This document shows, one piece after another, positions 1-13,162 of a stretch of DNA of 64,000 bases (within the stretch, counting starts at the first letter, position 1; each line of letters opens with the position of its first letter). The position numbers and the translations under genes are program-made. Below the pieces are notes generated by a model, which saw nothing but the letters and a program-made list of their open reading frames with translations, did no database searches and had not been told where the DNA came from. The DNA is from Anolis carolinensis (taxonomy: Eukaryota). The DNA lies in NCBI RefSeq assembly GCF_035594765.1, contig NW_026943821.1, positions 13,609,608 through 13,673,607 of the forward strand, read 5' to 3'.

Positions 1-74
1 CTTCCAGAACTTTAACCTTTGGACAGTCCTTCTCTGGACATGTTCCCATCTTGTCAATATCCTTGAATGGTGGT

Positions 75-392
75 CAGAGCCGGCCCAACATAGAGGCCAA
101 TGTAAGTGCCCACTTGTGGTGCATTGTCCCCGGGGGCACCATTGAGGCGTCCCTGTGGCGGTGGCGGGGACCATCGGCTCCCTCCTCGCCAAACGCGGAA
201 GGCCTCAACTGAGACCTAGCTCTTCTCGTGAGGACTCGCGAGCCTTTGCAAGAAGAGCTAGGCCTCAGTTGAGGCCTTCCGCTTTCGGCGAGGAGGGAGC
301 CGATGGTCCCCGCCACCGCCACCGCTGTCACCAAAGGTATGTGCGGGGCCTTGGGAGGCGCAATTTCGGGGGGGGGGGGGGGCACGGCCACT
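75..392. mobile_element. GC-rich probable non-autonomous DNA transposon (MITE) containing a 168-bp palindrome
   Basis: Starts cagagccggccc and ends ggcacggccact (degenerate TIR-like ends). Internal 155-322 is self-complementary around ctcgcgag (235-242). No clear TSD. Confidence 0.5.
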
Positions 393-1747
393 AGGTTTGC
401 CTACAAGGCGAAATTACCTCTGATGGTGGTGCCCAGAATAGGACACTGTATTCCAGGTGAGGTCTGACCATAGTAGAATAAAGTAATATTATTACCACCC
501 CTGATCGAATGTAGCTTGACACAACAGCCATGACACAATGCTGGTATCTGTGGTTTTACAAGATCTTTATCTTCCTTTCCCAAAGTGTGTTGTTGCCTCA
601 GAAAACTACAAATTTCAAGATTCCATTGCATTGAGCCATGGCAGTTAAAGTGCTACCAAACTGCCTCATTACTGCAATGTCGATGCACCCCAAGAAAGCT
701 TAGTCTGAAGTAAAGACCTACAGTATTGAGGCCTTAATTGCAACTCATGATTAAGTATACATTTTGATTTTTAAAAGGGATGATTCTCAATCTACCAAAT
801 AAGTGGTAGCTGTGGTTCTTTCCCAGAACTATATCTCTCTTACTGCAAACCTATAGCAGTTTGGTTTAATCTACCAAGCAATAATATACATATTTATTGA
901 CCCTTCTGGAATTTCAGATTTCAAGGCATATTGAAGACCCATAACACAGTCCTATTGCCAAAGGATTTGAATACTGAAATGTAAACTTTCTACTTTGTCA
1001 AAATCTGATTCCCTTAAAAGTAATCCCAAAACATTAATTATTTTCTATGCAGAATTAAGATGGAGATTCTGTAGACTAATACAAAAACTAATAATAAAAG
1101 CTTTGCTTGGACTGCATTATTCTAGACGGCAAGTAACATCTTGGTTGGATTTTCTCCAAGGGAAAAACAATCTCAATTAAAAAAAACTTGCTTTCAGTCT
1201 TCATAAACAATTTGTGTTCATCTTGTCTTTTTCTTGCCTTATTGCTTGATGTATCTGTGTTGGGAACTGTGATGGATTAGGGATGAACTGATCAACTATT
1301 TAAACCATCTTCTTATTACTCAATACTTGTTACTGTATTTCTTGATGCACTCTCAGTTCAGTATAAACATCAGGGAAAAAAATCAGGGCTTTGTTGGAGG
1401 TACTGAAATTAGTATGCATAGAACCGATCGTGTCTTAGAATTGAAGGAATATATTTATTTCCAAACTGTCAGAAAATAGCCTTGAAGTAACTGCTGTGGA
1501 AAAGGGAAGTCATCTCTTTGGGTGGGTGGGTGGGATCAAGTGGTAGCTGCTACCATGGTTCATAAGAAATCTTGAACAGAATTTCATAATATATTTTATT
1601 AGTTAGGAGATCTAGAACCTCATCACATGCAACCTTACCAGTGTTGTGATTCACCAGCTTCCATGGAAAATCATGGCGGCAATCAGGCAATCTGGCATTC
1701 CAGCCTGGAGCCGACTCTTCCCCATCCACATGGGAAAGCATTAAAAA

Positions 1748-2073
1748 AAGGTGAAGGTTTCCCCTGATGTTAAGTCCAGTCGTGACCGACTCTGGGGGTT
1801 GGTGCTCATCTCCATTTCTAAGCCGAAGAGCCGGCGTTGTCCGTAGACACCTCCAAGGTCATGTGGCCAGCATGACTGCATGGAGCGCCGTTACCTTCCC
1901 GCCAGAGCGGTATCTATTCATCTACTCACATTGGCATGTTTTCGAACTGCTAGGTTGGCAGGAGCTGGGGCTAACAGTGGGCGCTCATTCTGCTCCTGGG
2001 ATTTGAACCTGGCACCTTTTGGTCTGCAAGTTCAGCAGCTCAGTGCTTTAATGCACTGTGCCACCAGGGGCCC
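1748..2073 (-). mobile_element. Sauria-type tRNA-derived SINE
   Basis: Reverse complement of the element also seen at 13973, 26546, 30995, 39457 and 53178 (ggagcccc-ggtggcgcag head, (ACCTTT)n tail). Confidence 0.9.
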
Positions 2074-2693
2074 TGGGAAAGCATTACTGTGTAACTAATG
2101 CCCAGAGCAACCCTGTTGTTCCTTATGGGACATGGGGATGTTTTTGTGTTGGCGGTGGGAGCCTCCCACCACGCTGCCTCCTCAGTTTACCAATGGAGCC
2201 CCAACAGAAGTCACCCTATTTCGTATGATGGGCAGCGTTGGGATCCATGGGTGAATTGGGGCAAAGGTGTCCTAATATACTTAGTTTGCCCCATGTGATA
2301 AGGCTGTAAATGTCAGTCTCAGAAGGGGGTTGGACAAATGAACAACTGCCAAAGCCCACATATGAGCAGGCAGAGCACTGTTAGTATCCAGAATCCTTTC
2401 ACCCCACTGCCATTGAAGCATCTGAGAAGGTCCAATGTCTTTCTCTGGCTTCCTTCTCACCCAACCCTGTATCTCTGGACATGTTTCAAGAGAAGGAGTG
2501 GCCAATGGTTGGATGCCAAAGGAAGCACATGGAAGTTACTTTGATTAATAGTATCCTAAAATTTGGTGTAACCACACTGAACATGAACAGTGTCATAGGT
2601 CCATAATCCAAGTCAGATATTCTGAGGACCACCGGTTTTCTTTCTTTTCTGAATATGTAGAGTATAGAGATGGTCCCTGTAAAATTGCAGCAC

Positions 2694-3683
2694 TCAAGTC
2701 CAACTTTCCTTTGGTTCTGAAGTCTTTTGATTAAGACTCCTTGATGCTTCAGCTGCAACAGAACCTTCATCCTCTTCAGTTAATGCCTTCCGGAAAAGAC
2801 CCAAGAAAGAGGTCTGGCGGCGACGACCCCTGAGCCGGATATAACCCACAAAACAATACAGCACTGGGTTGACACAGCTGTGGAGGTAGGCCAGAGCATT
2901 TGTCAACTTGAGTCCAATTCCCCATTCCTCCTTTGTGAACAATAGTGTACTGATAAGTACAAAGATGTGGTGGGGTAGCCAACAGATGAAAAAGAATACA
3001 ACAATGATGGCTACTAGAGCAAAGGTTCGGTGGGACCCTTCCCAGCGTCGCCCACGGAGCTTGAAAACTAGAACCAAGTAGGCTGAAGAAATGATGATAA
3101 AAGGCACAAGAAATCCCCCAAAGAACCTGCTCAGTCTCAAGGGCAGATCCGTGGATTTCTTGAGAACTTTCTGATAGACACAGTAGGTGCCTCCATTGAT
3201 TTCTACAGTATGACGGACTACCAGATAGGGAATGCTGAAGGCCAAAGCTAAGATCCATGCTCCAATGCACATCAGGGCTTGACAGTGGGGGCCCCGATGG
3301 TTTCGGGCCCAGACAGGTCGTGCTATCAATAAGCAGCGGTAGACACTTATGACAGTGAGTATGAAGACACTGGAAAAGACAGTGAGGTAGCGGGCAAAAG
3401 CATGTAGCTTGCATAAGGCAAGGCCAAAGGGCCAGCAGGAGTACATGATTTCTTGGACCAGGGCAGGGATACGGCCAAGAGAGAAGAGGAAGTCCGCGAC
3501 AGCCAGGTTGAAATAACAGATGGATGTGAAGGTTTTCCGCTTCTCCCGCATGGCGATGACCCACATCACTAGCCCATTGCCAGAGACACCCAGAACCAGG
3601 ATGATCACATTAGTTACTATGCCAATGTGACGCATGTCATCATCCACGGCAGTGGTATTGAAGGCTGTACACGAGGCATTCAT
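2694..3683 (-). CDS. Chemoattractant-family class A GPCR (FPR/C3aR/CMKLR1/PTGDR2-like), single coding exon, 329 aa
   Basis: Seven hydrophobic segments with GNGLV, LAVADF, WPFG..CK, ISVYRC (DRY position), PVWARNHR, SRF..GF.VP, CWLP and NPVLY. N-glycosylation sites in MNASCTAFNTT. The acceptor tttctctttgcag lies 5 nt upstream of ATG 3683, so the ORF-track extension to 3881 is probably intron. Confidence 0.9.
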   Translation of the reverse strand: MNASCTAFNTTAVDDDMRHIGIVTNVIILVLGVSGNGLVMWVIAMREKRKTFTSICYFNLAVADFLFSLGRIPALVQEIMYSCWPFGLALCKLHAFARYLTVFSSVFILTVISVYRCLLIARPVWARNHRGPHCQALMCIGAWILALAFSIPYLVVRHTVEINGGTYCVYQKVLKKSTDLPLRLSRFFGGFLVPFIIISSAYLVLVFKLRGRRWEGSHRTFALVAIIVVFFFICWLPHHIFVLISTLLFTKEEWGIGLKLTNALAYLHSCVNPVLYCFVGYIRLRGRRRQTSFLGLFRKALTEEDEGSVAAEASRSLNQKTSEPKESWT

Positions 3684-4456
3684 GGTATCTGCAAAGAGAA
3701 ACCCAGACAAATTTAGTACCCATTTTTTTTCAATCCTTGCATATCTCTTAATGTCATTCTTAAAACATACAATTCTGGGGGTTTTCGGATTTAGGGCCTC
3801 ATCACATTGAGGTCTTGCAGACAAGTAACAGTGGGAAAATCCATAGGGCAGCAGAGGAAACCATCGCTCCATGCCTCGCATTGCTCACATCACCCCCTTC
3901 CCCATCACATGTTGGGCACCATTGCTTCCCAGCTTCCCCCCACACTGTCCCTGGCTTACTCAGTCAGAATGCTGGGAGTCACCCATCTTCTGTATTCTTC
4001 TTCCCAGCATGCTGTCAACACAGTCCCACCAGAAGTTGCCCTATGTCATGCTCTGAGTCCATACTGGCTCTGTGGTGAAAGCACCCTACAATGGGGCAAA
4101 AGCCCCATGTGATGGGGTGGTAAGTCTTTCAGCACTAAAACTACAAAATTTTGTAGAGATAAAGCTTCAGTGGAGACACTTTCCCTCTTGATAACCCTTT
4201 CAGGAGTGAACTTCCCTTCCGAAGGATAGATTCCTCTCCCTGTTGTCTCAGACCTGTTCTTAACCAGGAGTCATTTGTAACTCAGGGATTACCTGTAGTC
4301 TGAAGAACAACATCATCACACAAATGTGAACAGTCCTAAGGGATGAAGTTATGAAGTAGCAACAAAAATCATGTTATGTTTGGGGGTCACCACAACATGA
4401 GGAACTGTATTAAAGGGTCGTGGCATTAGGAAGGTTGAGAACCACTGCTCTAACCA

Positions 4457-5150
4457 CTTCAGGAGTCTACCGTATACCATGCAGCTGTGGACAGTTCTAC
4501 ATAGGGACCACCAAACGCAGCAATGCCCAGACATGAATCGAAAGAACATGAAAGGTACTGCAGACTAATTCAACCAGAGAAGTATGTAGCATAGCACTTG
4601 ATGAACCAACCTGGACACAGAATATTATTTGAGAACACAGAAATTCTAGACCACACTGACAACCATTATGTCACACTACACAGAGAAGCCACTGAAATCC
4701 ACAAGCATGTGGACAACTTCAACAGAATGGAGAAAACCATGAAAATGAACAAAATCTGGTATTAAAAACACCAGAATCTATAGAGTAAATAAGGAACACC
4801 ACTCAAAAACAGGAGAACTCCAGACAGTAAACAATCAAATTGCCAATTAACACCTCCCAAACAGAGGATGCCTTCAGGCAACAACAGCCAGGCTACCTCT
4901 ATAAAGATACCCTCACTGATTGACTTGGCAGCTTCATGGCTACTCAATGCTATCCAAGAACATTCATGCTTGCTTTACACAGACAAGGGTTCTTTCTCCC
5001 ACCTGGGATATTCTATTGATATTTACTCCACTTCTCACCTTCAACAGACCTCTAAAGATGAAGGTGAAGGCCACAGATGAAGGTGAAATGTCAGGAGAGA
5101 ATGCTACTGGAACATGGCCATACAGCTCGAAAAACTCACAGCAGCCCAGT
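4457..5150 (+). mobile_element. Penelope-like retroelement fragment (GIY-YIG endonuclease region plus terminal repeat)
   Basis: Degenerate translation EHLMNQPGHRILFENTEILDH..HREA.EIHKHVDNFNR. The terminal segment gatgcctgccac...gaaatgtcaggagagaatgct recurs at 11970-12095 (-) and about 59935-60015 (+). Confidence 0.75.
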
Positions 5151-6148
5151 GCTCTAGCCATTTGCTAGGTCCTCCAACATTATGGTAATCTCCCCATAGA
5201 GTTGAGCTGAAGGACCTTACAAACGCTCAGAGATTATACTTCTTCAGGAATCTCTTGAATCTCCAGCACAATGCATCCGCCACAGATATTGCTGGGAGGG
5301 CTATCTTGTTGAATAACTACTAATAGCTGATGTAAAAGACACCACTAGATATCTTGAAATGCTTTCCATGTCACAGTTCATGCTCAGAATGTGCTCATCA
5401 ATATTTCTCTGAAGGCATCTTTTGACTGCACCCTTTCCCCCCATGCTCCTCCATAGCTATACCTGATGTCTTAAAGCTGATGCCCTCCATGCCTATTGCA
5501 GCTGATGTCCTAAAGAAGTGATTGAGAAACTATCAGCAACCCTGAATTCAGAAGAAACCACAACTTCCTGTTGTGGCAGAAAGGGCAGCTTCTGTTCCAC
5601 AAACACAGAGTATCTGGTTGAAATGGCCTCCTAAGTGGCCATTCTTGTGTGTTTTGATGCACAAAAGCAGAAGAGGATTGGACTAAATGGCCCAAAGGGT
5701 CTCTTCCAACCCTCTATATTTTGGAAGCAGTTAAAATATGGCTGTTCTGTCGTGCATTTGAATAGACAAGTCCATTATATCCTGGCCCTTACCCACATCA
5801 GAATTTGCCCTGTCATGTTATCGTTTCATTTCCATCCCAGATTTATCTTCCCTATCTGCTTTGTCTATGTGATGTATGTTCTATTTTGATATAGACACGC
5901 TTTTTATCAGTTTGATTGTTTGCCCATTTATATCCACATTGCAGCTCTTAATACTGTGGATGATAGTTTATATTTCTTGTTCTTAATTATGTTCATTTTA
6001 AACTATGATCTGTTTAATTTGTTTTTAAATGTGATGCTTGTTGTTTTAACTGTTGATTTTATGATGTTATGTGATTTGTATTGGGCTTGTCCTCGTGTGA
6101 GCCGCTCTGGGTCCCCGTTGGGGAGATGGAGGCAGCATACAAAAATAA

Positions 6149-6209
<61 letters not shown>

Positions 6210-6210
6210 T

Positions 6211-6306
6211 GAAACACAACAAGTTGAGTCCACAGCAGACACTCTGCTGGCTGTTGTACTGGATCACACATTTCCCAAGTGTCTAGGACTATGTGATATA
6301 TCAGCG

Positions 6307-6357
<51 letters not shown>

Positions 6358-6915
6358 TTATTATATGACACAGCAAACAAGATAGACATACTGGATTTTG
6401 TATCACAAAATCACAAGTCGAACACTTCCAAAGAGTTTAGGACTGTCTGATATATTTTCGGATAATGCGCGCAGATCCAAGAAGGGTGACCATTTGCAGT
6501 TGGCAGATCGTAATTTTGTCAATGCCTATTGTTTCCAAATGCCATCTGAGATCTTTTGGCACGGTACCCACTGTGCCCATCACCACCGGGACCACCTGCC
6601 AGAGTCTTTGAAGTTCAATCTTGAGGTCCTGATAGCGGCTGTGTTTTTCCTGTTGTTTTTCGTCAATGCGACTGTCACCTGGGATGGCGACATCAATGAT
6701 CCAAACCTTTTTCTTTTCCACAACTGTGATGTCTGGTGTGTTGTGTTCCAGAACTTTGTCAGTCGGGATTCGGAAGTCCCACAGTATCTTTGCATGCTCA
6801 TTTCCCATTATCTTTGCAGGTTTGTGATCCCATCAGTTCTTTACTGCAGGGAGGTGGTACTTGAGGCATAAGTTCCAATGGATCATTTGGGCCACATAGT
6901 TGTGCCTCTGTTTGT
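6211..6915 (-). mobile_element. R4/Dong-clade non-LTR retrotransposon 3' fragment (restriction-like endonuclease) within (TAA)n
   Basis: ORF 6437-6808: KILWDFRIPTDKVLEHNTPDITVVEKKKVWIIDVAIPGD..EK..RYQDL (PD-D-K REL domain). Flanked by TTA microsatellites at 6150-6210 and 6308-6357. Confidence 0.8.
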
Positions 6916-7016
6916 AGAGACCCCTTGGGCCATTTAGTCCCACCCCTTTTTGCCTTTGTGCATCAAAAGCCCTAGCAAAGCATCCCTTAATAATTAATTA
7001 TTAATTAAATAATTTC

Positions 7017-7222
7017 TTTTTCGTGTCAGGAGCAACCGGAATTGCTTCTGGAGTCAGAGAATTGGCTGTCTGCAAGGACGTTGCCCAGGGGACGCCCGGA
7101 TGTTTTGATGTTTTTACCATCCTTGTGGGAGGCTTTTCTCATGTCCCCGCATGGAGCTGGAGCTGATAGAGGGAGCTCCTCCGCGCTCTCCCCGGGTGGG
7201 ATTCGAACCTGGCAGCCTTCAG
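7017..7222 (-). mobile_element. tRNA-derived SINE (POMO-like family), 5' truncated
   Basis: Near-identical to 21387-21600. Confidence 0.8.
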
Positions 7223-7740
7223 GCTCTCTTTGAATTTTTATTTTTAGTATTGATTGTATGGCTTCATTTATGACTTTCCAAAACTGTTGCACTTGGGGGA
7301 ACGTCCACCAGGTATGAAAAAAAGTTCCTGTCTGTTGTTCGCATTTCCAACATTTGTTGGAAGCATTCTTATAACATTTAGAAATTTTGTATGGTGTAAT
7401 ATACCATCTGTACTGCATCTTGAGACAATTTTCTTTCAAGTCATATGAGTAAGTGTATTTGAGCCTTTGATTCCAGGCTTTATCCCAATGTTTTAAATCA
7501 ATTTGATGACCAACATTCTGGGCCCATTTCACCATACAGTCTTTTATTTATTATTTCTCTGTTACATTTTAGCAATCAATTTTCTCTCAGTTTTCATTAT
7601 ACTATCCCAGAAGCCATTTTGGCTGCAAAACCCAGATCTCTATCTTTCTTAAAAAGTTCGAACACATGCCTATAGTGGAACCAAGAACAGTTTGGAAACT
7701 TAAGTTTGATGTCTTTTTCATCTTTTAATTCCACTTTTTC
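7223..7740 (-). mobile_element. Degenerate L1 ORF2 C-terminal fragment
   Basis: RLKYTYSYDLKE..RWYITP..CWKCEQQTGTFFHTWW is homologous to the C-terminus of the L1 ORF at 41024-43405. Confidence 0.8.
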
Positions 7741-8230
7741 TTTTATTAATATAAAAGTTCAATAAAAAATATAAAAAAGGAAATAAAAAACCCATGGAGA
7801 GCCATATCCCAACAAACTTCCATGAGCTTCTTAGAGGGTTTCCACAGCCAATCAGAGAATTGAACACACATCTCCAAAGTCATTGTCCAACACTGAAACC
7901 ATGCTAGGTGTCAACATTAAAGTATATAATACTGCATTATATTATAAAGTAAGGTGGGCACAGTCAGGACTTTGGGCCATAAGTGCCCCCAAATTTCATA
8001 TTTATAGCACTTAAGGTCTCTTGACGGTCCCCAAACTCCAGTCCTCTCCTTCCAACTTCCAGACCAACTTTTAGCTGAACAGACCAACTAGACATGACAC
8101 AATGTCCTATCTGGCACACCACAATGTACTGTGGTGAGGGTGCATGCTGCAGCACAAATTGGTCCCTGCCCTTCTCTCGTAGCCTGCTCTTATATAGAAA
8201 CCAAGAGTACAGAGAAAGAAGCTTCTATGA

Positions 8231-8327
8231 CAGTGGTTCTCAACCTGTGGGTTCCAGATGTTTTGGCCTTCAACTCCCAGAAATCCCAGGCCAAAACACC
8301 TGGGGACCCACAGGTTGAGAACCACTG
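8231..8327. mobile_element. hAT-type palindromic MITE
   Basis: TIR cagtggttctcaacctgtggg / cccacaggttgagaaccactg; 8-bp TSD ttctatga (8223-8230, 8328-8335). Confidence 0.9.
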
Positions 8328-10149
8328 TTCTATGAGATACAAACAAATCCAAAATGTCTCAGCTTTCTGTGGCATCACTGGTACATAATGTTTGCTCACC
8401 ACACACTGCTTCAGAATGCGTTCTGTACCACAATGTAGGCTGATTCCGAGTTAAGGGTGACTTGAAGAGCTGCCGTCCCAATGAGTTGTAAAAATGTGTG
8501 CAAGAGGAAGGCAAAGGAAACCCATATAATCCCTGCCCCATCCTCACTTTGCAAAATCACAATGCTGCAACAGCTGGAGTGAGGAAACTTGAGGTTACAA
8601 CATCTTGATCCCTCACTTCCCTCTCACAGAGGAAAGGCACAGCTGTGTTTAGATCAAAGACCACCAGCCTTTGCTGGCTTCCAAGCACTGGAAGGAAAGT
8701 TGGTTATGATGGGAGCAGAGATTTTAATAATGCAGGGTGGAGGTGGCGGATGAAGGGATTCGCCTCTTGAATAAAAATCCATTCTCCCTATGATAATTTC
8801 CTTAAATCTTCCAATTTTAATACACTGTTGTCATTTAAGACTTCAGTTGAGCATTTAGAAACACTGTTTGGACATCCAAAGAAAAGGATAGTTTTGAATT
8901 CTGCACAACACTAAAACTTCACAAACTTACCAACTTAGTCTATGCACAAGAAAGGCTTTCCATGAACATACACTTCATAGGCTGCAGAACTCACTTTCCA
9001 TGCACAAACAACTCTGTTAGAAAATTCATTCTCAATTTTGATGACACCACACAGGCATTCAATACTTGAACAGAGAAAGCCATTGCATTAATCTTTTGAC
9101 AGTAGCTTATTTGAAGGCATATCTCTGCAAATTTGCAGCAAAATCATGGTTCTTTAGATTTTCTTAAGAGTTCAGAGCATTATGACTTTCACAATATTCA
9201 TTTACTTCCTAGTCACAATCATTGTCATTTAGTATTACACAACTGTTTTTATGCATGGAGCATACTGCATTTTAAATGGATTTGCCTTTTTTTGGAAGCT
9301 TCAAAAATACTTTCTAATTAAAATGCATTACTTTGTTAGCAAACTAGCAGAGTAATCCATTTAATTTAATACCATATACCAGTGGCCCTGACCCCAGTGC
9401 CTTCAGAGCTGCATTTCTTCTGCTTCTTCTCTTGTGGTTGGTGTGATGTTATTCTTTCTTTATAAAATGTACTTTATAAATCACAAATAATGTATAAATG
9501 CACATTCACATGGAACCATAAAAAAGAAAGATCAGCTTTAAAATGGTAGAAGCACAAAGTGGTGGCAAGGAAGCGCAAAGCACAAAGTGAAAGAGGAGGT
9601 GTAATTTTATTCATACCGTACTTATTCCAGCCTTCCTCTCTCTTTTGCTCCCTCTCCCTCTCTCTCTTCATGCAGCCAAACATACCAGGAATCAAAACCA
9701 CTCAAAATCAACTAGCCCAAAATTCCTCAGAGCACACAAGACCAAAGCAGACAGCAATCTCTCAAAGTGGACAAAAGCACGAGGCACGGAGGCTGCTCCC
9801 TTGAAGCCTTAAAGTCCTGAACATTGGTGCTATCTCTCCCTCTGATGCTAGCTCTTAACTCAAAACATTCTTAAGTTGGGACAGTTAAATAGAGGTTCTG
9901 CTGTACTATAAAAATGGCCAAGTAGAGACCCAAATTTTCTAAGGCTCCATCTAAACTGCATTATATGCCAGAGCAGATCCAGCCATATGTTAGCAGTCCA
10001 CACTCTCATGGTACACTTTCTTGTGGCTGTTTCAGGAGGAAATTCTGAGACAGACAAGTAGAGGGCAGTCAAACCCAGTTTTTCCAATCAACAGGAGTCA
10101 GCAACAAAATAGCTGAAATGAGGCTAATGGCTCTCAATATTTTCTATAG

Positions 10150-10429
10150 TAGTGGCTCGCAACCTGTGGGTCCCCAGATGTTTTGGCTTTCAACTCCCAG
10201 AAATCCTAACAGCTGGTAAACTGGCTGGGATTTCTGGGAGTTGTAGGCCAAAACACCTGGGGACCCACAGGTTGAGAACCACTGTTCTATAGAGTAGTGT
10301 TTCTTAAACTGTTCTCCTCCAGGTATTTTGGACTTCAGCTCCCAGAAATCCCAGCCAGCTTACCAGGTGTTAGGAATTGTGGAAGTTGAAGTCCAAAACA
10401 TCTGGAGGAGCACAGTTTCAGAAACTCTG
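10150..10429. mobile_element. Two adjacent hAT-type MITEs (10150-10284, 10295-10429)
   Basis: 8-bp TSDs ttctatag (10142-10149/10285-10292) and ctatagag (10287-10294/10430-10437). Confidence 0.85.
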
Positions 10430-11140
10430 CTATAGAGTACATGGACAGCTTACATACTAAGCCCTGCTCAAAGTGTTGTGGGGAGGCAAAAACTACCCAT
10501 TAATATGCATCTCTTCTATGGAATCTATCTAGGAACTACTGCTAGTTTCACTTTCTGTTCTGTCCTGTCAAACTGAGATTCAGATCAATGTTTTCTGCAA
10601 ACAATTCTTGGTGCAAAGAAGAAATGTGACAGAGATTTTGCTTCTGGCTGTCACACTGGAGATTGCTGGCTCCCATTGATGATAAAAATATTGGTCTTTT
10701 GCAACACAACCAACAGGAGAACAGACTTCAGTTGCTTGCAGTAGCTGCTGCTTAGTCAGAAGGGCAGAGTTTGGCCAAGGAGTGCTACTTTAAACATTTG
10801 GAATCTTCTCAGTTATGTTTCCCCCCCAATGAATTCCTCCAGGCCAAAGTAAAATATATCACACCAGATTCCTGTCCAAATCCCCAACATGGACCATGTT
10901 GCATCTGTTTGCCACATTAACATTATGGGAGAGCGGGAGGAAAAAGAGAGGGAGAAACCTCATTCAGCTCTAGCATGAACTTCAATTTCAGCATTTTAAG
11001 GATTGAGAAGTCATTGTGCTTTGCCTGGAAGGACCACTTTAATATGTGTCTATCTCATAATAATTTTTGGTCAAAGTTCTGAAGAATGGGTGAATTTTGG
11101 AAAGTTCTTATTTATTTTTAGAACAGAACAAACAAAATAT

Positions 11141-11191
<51 letters not shown>
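11141..11191. repeat. (AAC)n microsatellite
   Basis: Read directly. Other trinucleotide tracts lie at 14500-14565, 15231-15295, 15715-15762, 19746-19790 and 45875-45933. Confidence 0.95.
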
Positions 11192-11193
<2 letters not shown>

Positions 11194-13162
11194 AACATTA
11201 TTCTGCTTTATCTCCCCAAAGGGACTCAGGGCGGATTCCAACATACAACAACAAATATTCAATGCTTCATAAAAACAGACAAATACCAACATAAAATCCC
11301 AGGAAAACCCCACGTATGAAAACAGTAATTAAAACCTAGCATAAAATTAAACTAAATTAAACTTAAACTAAACTAAAATATCTTCCTTTTCATGTAAGAA
11401 TGAACATAAAATTTTCCATGCAGCTAGGAAATTTGCAACATCTACTCCTTACATCTGCCCTAACCATTTTGATGGAAACCTAAGAGGTACTTTGAGGAGG
11501 AATTTGGAATTCTCCAGTCTACTTCCAATTGAATGGTAAAACTATCTTGCAAAGAATTCTAAGCATCACAAGAAAAAATAATCCTAGCATTTCATAGGAT
11601 GGTGACATCCTATGGTGGTTCCAAAGTGCTATCATTTTGTATTAGTCAGTCAGATCTGTTTTAGAAGAGACAGCTTCTCAAACCAGAAAATATTTGATAA
11701 AAGCAAATTGCAAGCAGAGGTTAAGAATGTCAAAGCACTCAGGGTGATTCTAAAATAATAAGAGAAACTGAGGAAAAAACAGTGCAGTTTGGGGAAATGC
11801 CAATAAATCTAAAAAAGATACCAATGTGGTAAATGAACAAGGAAGTAATAAACAGCATAAAGACTTCCTTTAAGTCCAAAAATGGCACAGACTCTGACAA
11901 AGAACATGTGTTTAGAAAACAAGTAATTAAGGAGAACCTGAGGAGTGCACTGTTTTAGACAAACAGTAATATGGGTTGCTGTGAGTTTTCAGGGCTGCCT
12001 GGCCATGTTCCAGAAGCATTCTCTCCTGACGTTTCGGCCACATCTATGGCGGGCATCCTCAGAGGTTGTGAGGTTTGTTGGAAACTAGTCAAGTACAGAA
12101 TAACTCCCAAAATGTAAGTAGTCTTCAGAAACTGAAGCTTTTGAAGTTTTTTTCTGCACTGCAAAGAAAATGGCTAAAATTGCTTATTGTGTCCTTTGAT
12201 AACTTCATTGTTGAAGAATTACAGTCCTAGACCTCTCAAAGAAATAAAGCCATTTTACAAAATTGTCACTTGGAGAGTTGTCAATAGTTTCTGAATTACA
12301 GCACTTGCTATCTCTACTTTTTTGTAATGGATTAAATCAATTTGTAACAAAAAACATCTTAAGACACCTATCACTATGCAAGTTTTTTTTAAAAAAAATC
12401 TACAGAGTATTTCTTGCTTTGTCAACCTCAGAAAGTTATACTTTTTTGGCAAAAGGGGGGGATGGTTGTCCAAACAACTATTTTATCACACGTGAACACA
12501 TTTTTCCAATTCTAGGTGTATGAGTATGGAATGTTATTGATTTATTCCAGCCTTCCTTTCTAGTCCATTAGAAATCTCATTGGAAATCTAGGAATACTCC
12601 AAAATAAGGCACTCAATTGAAAAATATACTTGGATGAGGCCAATTTTGCCATTCTATGAGCATCTTCAGAGGCTAATGTTCCAACACAGAGGCCACTATA
12701 AACTTCTAGACCTTCCAAGCTCTGTACTTCTTTTCTTTGCTTCTGCTTGCTTGCATGTGTTTTCCAAATGACCAATAGCTAGAAAAGCAAGTGGAAATAT
12801 CAGAAAGTTCCAGTCATTGCACATCTTCTTTTTATATCCTGAATGTTGGACACATGACCATATAGATGGGATTCAGCTCCCAAGACAGTTCACCTTTCAT
12901 CATGCTATTATGATAAGGATTGCAGTCCTATTATGGCTGCAGTGTCACATATTCACTTATATCTCTTTTTTTAATCAACTGAATGTGTTATATGAGGTAA
13001 AATTAATATTTTGTTGTATGTATGCAATTGTGAAATGTCACAATTTACGTACATCTAACCAATAAAAATCCCTATCTCTTCTTTAATCAATGGCACATAC
13101 TGGGTTCGGAGAAAGAAGGCAAGTGTCCTGGAAGTGGCAATAATAGGTAAGTGGACTGAGGC

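Noticed and set aside
3684-3881. N-terminal extensions of the GPCR ORFs (also 21718-21939 and 60842-60946)
   Set aside because: Each contains a pyrimidine tract and AG acceptor just before a better ATG; likely intron sequence.
5920-6450. ORFs with poly-I/L/N/T/Y runs (also 11003, 14485, 14921, 15609, 54717-55545)
   Set aside because: Translations of trinucleotide microsatellites.
10800-10910. Possible B30.2/SPRY remnant on the minus strand (GLEEFIGGKHN*E)
   Set aside because: Only a short resemblance with stops; cannot be supported without an HMM search.
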